Below are positions 22,762 to 31,440 of a stretch of DNA of 61,774 bases, in pieces. Below the pieces are notes generated by a model. It saw only the letters and a program-made list of their open reading frames with translations, was not told where the DNA came from and searched no databases. The stretch is from IMG/VR virus record IMGVR_UViG_3300045988_126226, positions 131,035 to 192,808 of that record, one strand, 5' to 3'. This DNA is from a virus. Position numbers and translations under genes: made by a program. Within the stretch, counting starts at the first letter, position 1. Every line of letters starts with the position of its first letter.

Positions 22762-22911
22762 ATGGATATGGTTCGAGTTTACAATAGACACACTAACGAA
22801 GTTCTTGAAAAGACCTTTGCAGACCCCGCGGACGCAGACGACTTTGAAACTATTCTCGACTTCCTTGAAGCGGAATATGAGCGCTACCACGATGGGGAAC
22901 AATGTTATTAA
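22762..22911 (+). CDS. small acidic protein (49 aa)
   Basis: promoter cttgacaa..tataat, SD aagaaagagg, TAA. Confidence 0.45.
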   Translation: MDMVRVYNRHTNEVLEKTFADPADADDFETILDFLEAEYERYHDGEQCY

Positions 22912-22983
22912 AGGGGCTTGACAAGCCCCTCCCCATATGGTATAATACAATCAATCCAAGAGGAAAAGAAAGAGGTAAAACAA

Positions 22984-23322
22984 ATGCTTATCAAAATGTC
23001 AAAACACGCCACGCAAGACCGCATTGACCGCTTGTTCTTCATCTATGACAATATCGGTATTGGTGAGCCATATATCGACAGCGCTGAGGAAGATGTTCTC
23101 TACACCATCACTACAACAGGCGTTCTTCTTGTTCGTAGTGCTACGGACGGCACACTCATTACAGCCTATATCGCGAATATTGACAAAATCACCGCGATAT
23201 GGAGAAACAAGCACGGCGAGCGCCCCATGCCTGACAACCTTTACAAGCGTGTCCTCGCAAATGCGTTCTTTGATAGAATGTGGAATAAACAGGAAAAGGA
23301 GAAAAAGAAAAATGTTCGGTAA
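22984..23322 (+). CDS. hypothetical protein (112 aa)
   Basis: promoter ttgacaa..tataat, SD aaagagg, TAA. Confidence 0.5.
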   Translation: MLIKMSKHATQDRIDRLFFIYDNIGIGEPYIDSAEEDVLYTITTTGVLLVRSATDGTLITAYIANIDKITAIWRNKHGERPMPDNLYKRVLANAFFDRMWNKQEKEKKKNVR

Positions 23323-23668
23323 GAAGAAAGAAAAGAAATTCAATCCCTATGAGAATCGCGCAGACGAAATGCTTTATAAGGTTTGGGAAGAGCGCGACCG
23401 CCTGCTTGAAAAGACAAGGCAAGCTATTACGCGCGTAGGAGTGATTAACCTCTACCCCGATGGCGCTGACCGCAAGAAAGCCGTCTCTGACGCCGAAGAA
23501 GCGAAGCACGCTTTGCTTGTAGCTATTGGAGCATACGACACCGCGCGCATGGAGTATAATAACTACATCAAAAAGTATGCGGAAAAGTTCGATAGCCCCA
23601 AAGAGGAATGGACTACCACGAGCCATGAAATTATTGAATGGGCTTACAAATACTATTATAAAGGGTGA
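23312..23668 (+). CDS. hypothetical protein (118 aa), basic N-terminus
   Basis: ATG 23312 with SD aaaaggag; overlaps previous gene end. Confidence 0.5.
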   Translation: MFGKKKEKKFNPYENRADEMLYKVWEERDRLLEKTRQAITRVGVINLYPDGADRKKAVSDAEEAKHALLVAIGAYDTARMEYNNYIKKYAEKFDSPKEEWTTTSHEIIEWAYKYYYKG

Positions 23669-23673
23669 ACGAA

Positions 23674-23913
23674 ATGAAAATTACTGTTAAGCATAGCAAC
23701 AAAATGGTTGCATTTGAAGACCTCCCCGAGGGTATGATTTTTCAAGACCCTGCTTCTGGAAACGTTTATTACATCAAAATCGCGTCTGTGGTTGATGAAG
23801 ATACCGGCGCAGAAGAATGGAACGCTCTCAATTTAGACACTTACAATCTCGACTGCTTTGGCGCGCCCTGCATGGTTCGGCCTGTCTATGACGCGGAACT
23901 GATTATCCCTTGA
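23674..23913 (+). CDS. hypothetical protein (79 aa)
   Basis: ORF with SD aagggtg, TGA. Confidence 0.5.
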   Translation: MKITVKHSNKMVAFEDLPEGMIFQDPASGNVYYIKIASVVDEDTGAEEWNALNLDTYNLDCFGAPCMVRPVYDAELIIP

Positions 23914-24009
23914 CAAAACCGAACTTTTGTTCGTGTTTTTCTCCCCCTTTCCTATGGCTTTGGCGGTTGTGCCTGAAACAACCGCCACCCTTTCCAAAAA
24001 ATAAATTGA

Positions 24010-24201
24010 ATGGAGATAAGAAAAATGAAAAATGAGAAACTGAGCGAGGTTGTTGAAACGGTGTGCAGAATGGCTCGATACGGTATTCAGAAGAGATATC
24101 CATCGGGCGGGACAGCGGCAAATGAAATGATTGAGCGTGTCGCGCTTCTTGAAGATAAGCTCGTCCCCATTCTCGTCGACCTCGAAGCCGTAGGAAACTA
24201 A
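24010..24201 (+). CDS. hypothetical protein (58-63 aa)
   Basis: two candidate ATGs (24010/24025) after ggagataag; TAA; terminator follows. Confidence 0.45.
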   Translation: MEIRKMKNEKLSEVVETVCRMARYGIQKRYPSGGTAANEMIERVALLEDKLVPILVDLEAVGN

Positions 24202-24203
24202 AT

Positions 24204-24400
24204 GAAAAATCACCCAATTTGGGTGATTTTTTTTGTTTACTTTCACTATTGACAAAGTTCCTTGAATGTGATAAAATTGGCGGCGCGCGGACGATTGTAG
24301 CGCGCCGAGTTTTTTGTCAAGAGGTAGATTCAACAAATTTTCATACGAATTTTTGTGCAAAATGCCAATAGACAAAAATCCTATAATGTGGTAAGATGTA
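24204..24400 (+). promoter_or_regulatory. regulatory cassette C: terminator; P1 ttgaca(24249)-tgtgataaaat; hairpin cggcgcgc..gcgcgccg (24279-24309); TGTCAAGAG (24314); P2 tagaca-N17-taagat
   Basis: read directly. Confidence 0.55.
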
Positions 24401-24424
24401 TACAACAAATAAAGGGGGACTAAA

Positions 24425-24772
24425 ATGATGGTTGCATGGTATTGGTTGATTCTCGCGTTTTGCGTGGGTATTGCGTTCGCTACAATCACCGATGAGTGGT
24501 GTGATTGGGAAAATACTTTAACAGATGTTCTCGCATGGATTGCTCTGATTATCGGCTTCGTTCCTTTGTCTTTCTATTGCATATTTCTCAAACTGACGGT
24601 TTTTCACCCCACAACGCCAGAGAAATTTGAAGAAGTTAAAAAGGTTAGCGGAGAGACTTGTAAAATCTATCGAGTATGCGGAAACGTGTATTTTTGGATT
24701 GACCTTAAAGCAACAAAAATCTATAACAAGGTCTTTTTTGTCCGAGTAAAGGAGACTGAAAACAATGTATGA
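24425..24772 (+). CDS. membrane protein (115 aa, 2 TM)
   Basis: SD aaaggggga, hydrophobic helices, TGA. Confidence 0.55.
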   Translation: MMVAWYWLILAFCVGIAFATITDEWCDWENTLTDVLAWIALIIGFVPLSFYCIFLKLTVFHPTTPEKFEEVKKVSGETCKIYRVCGNVYFWIDLKATKIYNKVFFVRVKETENNV

Positions 24773-24923
24773 GGAAGTTAATACTTTGCGCTTGATTGAT
24801 TGGTTGCGCGCTTGGACGGAAACCTTTAATGACTGCGCTTGTTGTCCTTTGTCCAACGAGTGCGACCGCCGAAGCATCAGCTATGAATGTGCTGATGACC
24901 TATTAGAAAAATTAAAAGAGTAA
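24765..24923 (+). CDS. Cys-rich small protein (52 aa)
   Basis: SD aaaggagac, CACCP..C..C motif, TAA. Confidence 0.45.
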   Translation: MYEEVNTLRLIDWLRAWTETFNDCACCPLSNECDRRSISYECADDLLEKLKE

Positions 24924-24996
24924 ATTAAAAACTCTCTATTGACATTTCTATTATAATATGATATTATTATAATAGAAAAAGGAAAGGGTGATAATA

Positions 24997-25470
24997 ATGA
25001 ATACAATTCTTCTGTTCGCACTTTGCACGGCGGTGAATGTGATTCTGTCAACCATCAAAAGCATTTTGACTGTCAACGGCGGAAAGATTAGCGCGTCTCT
25101 TATCAATGCCATCACTTATGGTTTTTATTCCTATGTGATTGTGCTGACTTCCGCGGACGGTATGCCTATTTGGTTAAAAATGGCTATTACTGCCGTTTGT
25201 AATTTCATAGGCGTTTACCTTGTCAAGTGGATTGAAGAGAAAGCCCGCAAAGATAAATTATGGAAAGTCGAGCTTACTGTCCCGACAAAATACACTAACA
25301 CCATTGATTTTGATTTGCATGACGTTCCACATTCTTACATTGAATTGAGCGATAAACATACGCTTTTCAATTTTTACTGCGCGACCCAAAAGGAAAGCGC
25401 AAAAGTCAAGGCTATTGCCAATCAATACGAAGCAAAATATTTTGTCGCGGAAAGCAAAAATCTTGAATAA
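24997..25470 (+). CDS. membrane protein (157 aa)
   Basis: SD aaaggaaagggtg, N-terminal TM helices, TAA. Confidence 0.55.
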   Translation: MNTILLFALCTAVNVILSTIKSILTVNGGKISASLINAITYGFYSYVIVLTSADGMPIWLKMAITAVCNFIGVYLVKWIEEKARKDKLWKVELTVPTKYTNTIDFDLHDVPHSYIELSDKHTLFNFYCATQKESAKVKAIANQYEAKYFVAESKNLE

Positions 25471-25534
25471 AGGACTTGACAAAAGCCTTTTGTTCTGCTA
25501 TACTTAATGTATCAAGTGAAAGGGGAAAATTAAA

Positions 25535-25987
25535 ATGAAAGCTACTGGTATTATCCGCAGAATTGATGACCTTGGACGTGTGGTTATTCCGAAAGAGATT
25601 CGCCGGACTTTGAAGATTCGCGAGGGCGACCCGCTTGAAATCTTCATTGAAGACAACGACTGCGTTTGCTTTAAGAGGTATTCGGTGCTTGGTTCGCTGA
25701 CCGAAGAAGCTCTGCGAACCGCTATTACAATGGCATCGAATTCCGGTCTGCGCCCTATCGCAATCTATGATACTACCGTGAAACTGCGGGGTATGGAAAA
25801 CTATCCGGCTTATGTTCCGACCCAGTGGAAATTTGAAAGAAAGCCGTTTGTTTTCAATAGCACTTATGGCGTTTATCCGATTACCGCGGACGGCGACCTT
25901 GTGGGTTATGCGGTTTGCGACCAGCAAGACATGGGTTGCGAAATGGATATGATTGTCCGCTATCTCAGCATTGTGTCTGAATGTTAA
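25535..25987 (+). CDS. AbrB/SpoVT-family transcriptional regulator (150 aa)
   Basis: N-terminus GIIRRIDDLGRVVIPKEIRRTLKIREGDPLEIF matches the swapped-hairpin AbrB/MazE/SpoVT DNA-binding domain; C-terminal extension as in SpoVT. Confidence 0.65.
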   Translation: MKATGIIRRIDDLGRVVIPKEIRRTLKIREGDPLEIFIEDNDCVCFKRYSVLGSLTEEALRTAITMASNSGLRPIAIYDTTVKLRGMENYPAYVPTQWKFERKPFVFNSTYGVYPITADGDLVGYAVCDQQDMGCEMDMIVRYLSIVSEC

Positions 25988-25992
25988 AAATA

Positions 25993-26245
25993 TTTTGAGA
26001 CGAGATAACCAAATCTCGTCTCAAAATTTTATTTATTTTGCCTATTGACAAAAATCCAATAGCGTGATAAAATGGCCGGCCGTTCGCGCATGCCACGGCC
26101 GGAAATTCCATTATACCACCATCTCAGCAATTTGTCAATAGGAAATTTAGCCAAAAGTCTAACTAATTATTTTCCCGAATTTGGGCATTTTACCAATAGA
26201 CAAGAATGTAATAATCTGCTATACTATGATTACCGTAAAGGAAAG
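25993..26245 (+). promoter_or_regulatory. regulatory cassette D: terminator; P1 ttgaca(26045)-gtgataaaat; hairpin ccggccg..cggccgg (26074-26102); conserved spacer; P2 tagaca(26197)-N17-tatact
   Basis: read directly. Confidence 0.55.
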
Positions 26246-26257
26246 GGGATATAAACA

Positions 26258-26521
26258 ATGTATTACACTCACGATTTTTCTACTGAAAAGTTCTCTACTC
26301 GCGGAGAATGTGTGGAAGAGCTTCTTTCTTCTATGGATTCTCTTGATATTTCAGAGTTTCTCGCCCACCGCGTTTCTCTTGCTGATATTATTAGTGAACG
26401 CATGGCCCGCGACCCCGAGGACTTTTACGACTGGTTAGATAGAGAAATTCAGATTGCGACTAATGCCTATCTTGAATGGCATATCAACGAACACTACGGT
26501 CATATAGAGGATTTAGAATGA
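26258..26521 (+). CDS. hypothetical protein (87 aa)
   Basis: SD aaaggaaagggg, TGA. Confidence 0.55.
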   Translation: MYYTHDFSTEKFSTRGECVEELLSSMDSLDISEFLAHRVSLADIISERMARDPEDFYDWLDREIQIATNAYLEWHINEHYGHIEDLE

Positions 26522-26661
26522 TTATTTTAATCGGCATTTTCGGCCTCGTTTTTGGCTTTATTTTTGCTTATTCCTGTGAAAGTCTCGGGTGGGACTATTT
26601 CAATATCGTATACGCTATTCCTGTGCTGATTTTGCTTAATTTCTTATCTTTCGTGTATTGA
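26518..26661 (+). CDS. small membrane peptide (47 aa)
   Basis: ATGA overlap with previous stop; hydrophobic. Confidence 0.4.
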   Translation: MIILIGIFGLVFGFIFAYSCESLGWDYFNIVYAIPVLILLNFLSFVY

Positions 26662-26752
26662 AAAAGACCGCGAAAATTTTGAAAAAAACGCTTGACAAGC
26701 AAATCCAATAGTGGTATAATACAGATACAGTAAAGGAAAGGGGTAAATACCT

Positions 26753-27253
26753 ATGAAAATCACTTACATCAAGTCTCACGTTGTAGCTACTCGACGCTCC
26801 ATCAACTTTGATATGGACGGCACTATCGCCAATCTGTATAATGTTGACAAGTGGTTAGAAAAACTTGGAGAAGAAGATGCTTCTTGTTATAGTGAAGCTG
26901 GCCCTATGTGCGATATGGCCGCGCTGAATGAAATCTGCGAACTTCTCCGCGCCGAGGGTTGGGAAATCAATATCATCACTTGGCTTGCTAAAAATTCAAC
27001 TGAGGAATATAAAAACCTCGTGCGTGAAGCAAAGCGCGAATGGCTTGAAAAATGGGGTTTCCATTACGACCATTTTTACGGCGTCCAGTATGGCGCAACC
27101 AAAGCCGACAGCGTGCGCGGTCGTTATGACGTGTCTATCCTGATTGACGATAATGAAAAGGTTCGGAATGGTTGGCACTTGGGCGCTACCATTGACCCGA
27201 CCGCAGTAAACATTATCGAAAAACTTTCGGAACTTTTGGAGAAAAGGGCTTGA
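26753..27253 (+). CDS. HAD-superfamily phosphatase, likely 5'(3')-deoxyribonucleotidase-like (166 aa)
   Basis: motif I FDMDGTIANL (DxDG[TV]) near N-terminus and ILIDDN motif IV; promoter cttgacaa..tataat; SD aaaggaaagggg. Confidence 0.6.
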   Translation: MKITYIKSHVVATRRSINFDMDGTIANLYNVDKWLEKLGEEDASCYSEAGPMCDMAALNEICELLRAEGWEINIITWLAKNSTEEYKNLVREAKREWLEKWGFHYDHFYGVQYGATKADSVRGRYDVSILIDDNEKVRNGWHLGATIDPTAVNIIEKLSELLEKRA

Positions 27254-27308
27254 CAAAGCCCTACTCCAATGGTATAATAAATACATCAAATGAAAAGGGG
27301 AAAATAAA

Positions 27309-27515
27309 ATGTTTGTTCTTTTGATTCTGCTGTCTCTCGCTGTTTCGTTCCTGCTTACCTCGGGTTTGGTTTGGCTTCTCTGTTGGCTTCTTCCCGCCCT
27401 CGGTATCACCGCAATCGGCACTTTTGTTATCGTGTTCTCGTGGAAGCTGGCGCTCGTGGTTTGGATTGTTCTCGTGCTTTTACAGTCCATCTTCTCGGTC
27501 GGCAATAAGGGGTGA
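27309..27515 (+). CDS. small membrane protein (68 aa, 2 TM)
   Basis: SD aaaagggg, hydrophobic. Confidence 0.5.
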   Translation: MFVLLILLSLAVSFLLTSGLVWLLCWLLPALGITAIGTFVIVFSWKLALVVWIVLVLLQSIFSVGNKG

Positions 27516-27520
27516 TAAAA

Positions 27521-27664
27521 ATGATGCCTTACTTTTGGCTTACTCTTGGCGTTCTCGCCAAAGTGACCGGACGAACTGCCGGTGGTAATTACCGTTATGA
27601 AACGGTTGTCTCTAAGGAAATTGGACTTGTGACCGCAGATTGGGTTAATACCCATCTGTTGTGA
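27521..27664 (+). CDS. small protein (47 aa)
   Basis: ATG 27521 after ggggtgataaaa; TGA. Confidence 0.4.
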   Translation: MMPYFWLTLGVLAKVTGRTAGGNYRYETVVSKEIGLVTADWVNTHLL

Positions 27665-27671
27665 GGTAAAA

Positions 27672-27986
27672 ATGCTGTATTTGATGATGGATAATTTAAC
27701 CAATAGCCATTTGGTTAAAGTTGGCTATTCTGACGGCACTAAGAACCTCGCAAAGCGTCGTAAAAGCTATTATAGCCACAATCCGAAAGCAATAATGCGT
27801 AGCACTTGCGCCGGAAGTCGAGACATAGAAAATTCTTGTCATCTGACTTTAAGTGAGTTAGGCAATCGCATTAGTGGCACAGAATGGTTTGAAGTGTCTG
27901 CGGATTTGTTTAATTCTCTTTATACCGAGGGAATGGCATTTTTCAGACCAAACCATAAACCGATTCATTTCTTAGAAGAATTTTGA
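27672..27986 (+). CDS. T5orf172/GIY-YIG-like domain protein (104 aa)
   Basis: VKVGYSDGTKNLAKRRKSY...TEWFEV pattern typical of the T5orf172 family. Confidence 0.45.
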   Translation: MLYLMMDNLTNSHLVKVGYSDGTKNLAKRRKSYYSHNPKAIMRSTCAGSRDIENSCHLTLSELGNRISGTEWFEVSADLFNSLYTEGMAFFRPNHKPIHFLEEF

Positions 27987-28000
27987 AAGAGGAAATAAAA

Positions 28001-28258
28001 ATGAAAGTAAATTTTGGCACTAAGGGTCAGCTTCAAATTATCAACATTCTCAGTGGTGGCACGTTCACCACCCCGCGTTCCAATGGCGTCGGCATGGGAA
28101 TGTATCTCAAAATTGACAGCAACAACAACACGCCGTTCGTTCGGTCGAGAGGTTCGCAGTATTGCTACGCGGTAAATCTTGAAACGGGTCAGGTTCGCGA
28201 GTTCTCGCGCGACAAAATGGTGACGCCGGTCAAGACCGAAGTCAATGTGATTGGCTAA
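28001..28258 (+). CDS. hypothetical protein (85 aa)
   Basis: SD agaggaaa, TAA, terminator. Confidence 0.5.
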   Translation: MKVNFGTKGQLQIINILSGGTFTTPRSNGVGMGMYLKIDSNNNTPFVRSRGSQYCYAVNLETGQVREFSRDKMVTPVKTEVNVIG

Positions 28259-28261
28259 AAG

Positions 28262-28492
28262 AAAATCTCCCCAAAAATGGGGAGATTTTTTTTGTTTACT
28301 TTAACTATTGACAAAACCATCTAAATGTGCTAAAATTGGCCGGTCGCTGACGCATGTTGCGACCGGAATTTACCATTATACACCCCACCAGCATTTTTGT
28401 CAAGAGAAATTTCGCACAAATTTCAATTTTATTTTTTCCCGTTATTTGGTTATTTTACCAATAGACAAATCATTACCAATCTGCTATACTAC
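28262..28492 (+). promoter_or_regulatory. regulatory cassette E: terminator; P1 ttgaca(28308)-tgtgctaaaat; hairpin ccggtcgc..gcgaccgg (28338-28366); TGTCAAGAG (28399); P2 tagaca(28462)-N17-tatact
   Basis: read directly. Confidence 0.55.
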
Positions 28493-28494
28493 AT

Positions 28495-28638
28495 AATGTC
28501 AGGAGGAAAGAGTAAGACCTGCGGAAAGGCAGTTCCCTTGACCATTATACCAAAATCCGACGGAATGTTCCAAGCGTGGCGTGCCGAACAAACTTTCAAA
28601 AAAAGTTTGAAAAACCCCTTGACAAACCGTTCTACGTA
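28495..28638 (+). ncRNA. promoter-proximal leaderless transcript AAUGUCAGGAGG... (sRNA or 47-aa leaderless ORF MSGGKSK.. ending in TAG)
   Basis: AUG lies 5 nt after -10 tatact; no SD; paralogous to 31032 and 31215 elements; ends at -35 of next promoter. Confidence 0.4.
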
Positions 28639-28901
28639 GGGTATAATGAATACATCAAATAAGAGAGGTAAACAAAATGATTTCTGATGCTCGTCCACCG
28701 CCTTAAAGACTGATTTGGTTTAGTAAAATGAATTGATTTATGATTATAGATAAAGGTAGGTATAAACAAGATGTATAGTAATAAACCTCGCGACCGCCCC
28801 CTAAAAAAATTGTAAAACCTATTGACAACCTGCTCCGCCTATGATATAATAACTACATCAAAGACAAGGACAGTCTTAAAAACCAGAAAGGAATTGATAC
28901 T

Positions 28902-29276
28902 ATGTCTACTTCTACTGTTAAGAAGCTCACCAAGCGCGACCGTTTCGAGGCTCTGCTCAAAATGAGCGAGGTTCAGGCGAATCCTGATATGGTGGCGTTC
29001 ATTGAGCATGAGATTGAACTGCTCGCCAAGAAGAACGCGGGCGATAAGAAGCCCACGGCCAAGCAGATGGAGAATGACGCCGTGAAGCAGGTCATTCTGG
29101 ACGAGATGACCGCAAACCCTGACAAGCTGTATACCGTGACCGACCTCATCAAGGGCGTTCCCGAGCTTGCGGAGTATACCAACCAGCGCGTTTCCGCTCT
29201 TCTGCGTCAGATGATTGATGCAGACACGGTTGTCAAGACGGTTGACAAGCGCAAGTCCTACTTCTCCCGCGCGTAA
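28902..29276 (+). CDS. paralog family protein A (124 aa)
   Basis: SD aaaggaa; about 70% identical to 31522..31899; distant paralog at 50327. Confidence 0.6.
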   Translation: MSTSTVKKLTKRDRFEALLKMSEVQANPDMVAFIEHEIELLAKKNAGDKKPTAKQMENDAVKQVILDEMTANPDKLYTVTDLIKGVPELAEYTNQRVSALLRQMIDADTVVKTVDKRKSYFSRA

Positions 29277-29419
29277 GGGTAAAGGGCAGGGGATAAAAAA
29301 AATCCCCTGCCCCACAATAAAAAACTGTTGACAAACCAATAGCAAAGTGCTATACTATTATCAGAGGTTGAGAGAACGATGGTAAACCTCAATCTACTTT
29401 TCCAATAGGAGACGATAAA

Positions 29420-30196
29420 ATGGGTATTGATAGGCGCAGAAACTACGGTATTATGCTGGACACGGAAACCGCAAACACCATTCAAGATGGTGATAAGCTG
29501 GATATGTCAAATGTTCTCCCCTACGACTTTGGCTGGGCGGTCATTGATTCCAAGGGTAATGTTTATGAGACTTATTCTTTTGTGAATCGAGACATTTTCT
29601 GCTATGAGCGCGACCTGATGCAGTCCGCATACTACGCCAATAAGATTCCCCGCTACATCGAGGACATTAAGAACGGTTCGCGCGTGATGGCTGACCTTTA
29701 CGAAATCCGCAAGGCATTTTGTGATTGCGTCGAGCGTTATAACTGTTCTTTCGTGTGCGCTCACAATATGCGGTTCGACCTTAACGCCTGCAACAACGCG
29801 CAAAGATGGGACACGAAAAGCAAGTATCGCTATTTCTTCCCCTACGATCTCGAAATCTGGGACACTCTGAAAATGGCGCGACAGGTTATGGGTAAAATGC
29901 CCACTTACCGCGACTATTGCGAAAAAAACGGCTACAAGACCAAGAACGGACAGCTCCGTTTCACCGCAGAAATTCTTTACCGCTTTATCAGCGGTGAAGA
30001 TAGCTTTGATGAATCCCACACGGGACTTGAAGATGTTCTCATTGAAGTTGAGATTCTGCGCTATTGCGTCCGACAGCACAAGGAAATGGAAAAGTCCCTT
30101 TTCAAAACTCCCACAGTGGAACGTCCCAAGCCGACCGAGTTTCAGCGCGCGCTCATGCGAAACATTAAGGAAAATCCCATGATAAACATGAGCTAA
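29420..30196 (+). CDS. DEDDh-type 3'-5' exonuclease (DnaQ/RNase T-like, 258 aa)
   Basis: Exo I MLDTETA, Exo II CAHNMRFDL, Exo III HTGLEDV motifs in correct order and spacing. Confidence 0.65.
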   Translation: MGIDRRRNYGIMLDTETANTIQDGDKLDMSNVLPYDFGWAVIDSKGNVYETYSFVNRDIFCYERDLMQSAYYANKIPRYIEDIKNGSRVMADLYEIRKAFCDCVERYNCSFVCAHNMRFDLNACNNAQRWDTKSKYRYFFPYDLEIWDTLKMARQVMGKMPTYRDYCEKNGYKTKNGQLRFTAEILYRFISGEDSFDESHTGLEDVLIEVEILRYCVRQHKEMEKSLFKTPTVERPKPTEFQRALMRNIKENPMINMS

Positions 30197-30274
30197 AAAA
30201 AAATAGGGAATGGGGCTTGACAAGTCCTATTCCCTATGGTATAATCAATGTATCAAATGAAAGAGGTGTTTTAC

Positions 30275-30553
30275 ATGACTGCTAAACAAGTCCTTTTTGT
30301 AGTCCCTGATGACAATGACCCTCACATGGGCATTTTAATCGACCATGACTATATTATCTGCGCCGAGTGCGGTGGCGTCTTTGAAGCTGACGAAGTTTTC
30401 ATTATTCAGATCTACGACTCTTGGGTAAACTTTGAAGATGAAATTGCGGACGAGCTTGACCTGCTGACCGCAAAAGACATTGGCAAGGAGCTGGATAGCA
30501 AGGAAAAGTTCGGCTGGGACGCGTGGAAAGAAGCCATTAAAGGGGAGTTCTGA
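30275..30553 (+). CDS. hypothetical protein with CxxC pair (92 aa)
   Basis: promoter cttgacaa..tataat, SD aagaggtg, TGA. Confidence 0.5.
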   Translation: MTAKQVLFVVPDDNDPHMGILIDHDYIICAECGGVFEADEVFIIQIYDSWVNFEDEIADELDLLTAKDIGKELDSKEKFGWDAWKEAIKGEF

Positions 30554-30555
30554 AA

Positions 30556-30648
30556 ATGGATTTGGATTTTACTTACATGACCAACGAAGAACTGGACGAA
30601 CTCATCGCTCAGATAAAGGAAGTCAAAGAAACCCGAGCGGAAAGCTGA
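30556..30648 (+). CDS. small acidic peptide (30 aa)
   Basis: ATG 3 nt after previous stop. Confidence 0.3.
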   Translation: MDLDFTYMTNEELDELIAQIKEVKETRAES

Positions 30649-30799
30649 AAGACTGACCTTTGGAGAAACGTTCAGCGGTCGGTTCAGAATTACGTCATGG
30701 AGTGTGGAATGATTGAACTCTTTACCGAGGACTACAATTCCACGCTGGACGCTGATTCTTTCCGTATTCCCGGCGAGATTAACCTGCTGGACTAAAATA

Positions 30800-31030
30800 A
30801 AAAACTGCCCAAAAATGGGCAGTTTTTTTTGTCTATTTTGCCTATTGACAAACGCGGATTTTTGTGATAAAATGGGCGGACCGCTGGCGCATGCGGCGGT
30901 CCGAATTTTTAATTATACCATGCCCCGCCAATTTTGTCAAGAGAAAAGCTGCACAAAAGTAAAGAAAATTTTTTCCCGTAATTTGGTTATTCTGTCAATT
31001 GTAATTTGTGGGCAATCTGCTATAATGAAT
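30800..31030 (+). promoter_or_regulatory. regulatory cassette F: terminator; P1 ttgaca(30845)-gtgataaaat; hairpin cggaccgc..gcggtccg (30875-30903); TGTCAAGAG (30935); P2 -10 tataat (31021)
   Basis: read directly. Confidence 0.55.
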
Positions 31031-31031
31031 A

Positions 31032-31175
31032 ATGTCAAGAGGGAAACCCCTGAGCCACAGGTCGGTGTGGGGCTACGGTTGGAAGTAGCAATAGACCGTT
31101 CACCTATTACGTTAAGGTCTCTTCGGAGCGGAACGCACGGGATAAAAGAAAAAATTCATGAGTTTTTTCTTGAAA
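31032..31175 (+). ncRNA. candidate sRNA 1 (starts AAUGUCAAGAGGGAAA; contains CUC-UUCG-GAG tetraloop hairpin)
   Basis: own promoter (-10 tataat 31021); no SD; only an 18-codon ORF ending in TAG; ends at -35 of next promoter. Confidence 0.45.
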
Positions 31176-31214
31176 ACCTCTTGACAAATCCCAGCGAGTG
31201 TGCTACAATAGAAA

Positions 31215-31440
31215 ATGTCAAGAGGGAGTAGCCCAAGAAATCCGAGGGCGCGCGACTTCGAGAAAGTACAGGAAGTAAACATAATATACCACGTTGTAAA
31301 GCCAAACGTTGAACGCGAAAGTGAGTTTGATTGAGCCAACTATACTCGAAGCGGTTTTCGCTGACAGATAGATTGAACCAACAAACAATAAATTATCCGT
31401 CAGGTCGGGGTAGTAATTCGTGTAAAAAGTTTGCGAAACC
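31215..31440 (+). ncRNA. candidate sRNA 2 (starts AAUGUCAAGAGGGAGU; shares CAGGUCGG motif with sRNA 1)
   Basis: own promoter ttgaca(31181)-N17-tacaat; no long ORF or SD; followed by promoter of 31522 gene. Confidence 0.45.

Noticed and set aside
26072-28639. Apparently conserved micro-ORF (..F[PL].FG[HY]FTNRQ...NLLYY..) across cassettes D and E
   Set aside because: The conserved residues are the translation of the P2 -35 (TTTACCAATAGACAA = FTNRQ) and -10 (AATCTGCTATACTAT = NLLYY) boxes. The same frame carries a TAA in cassette F. The conservation is therefore promoter-level, not protein-level.
30713-31231. 172-aa ORF 30713..31231
   Set aside because: It runs through terminator, promoter, hairpin and two sRNA starts of cassette F. 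The conserved nucleotide elements explain the open frame.
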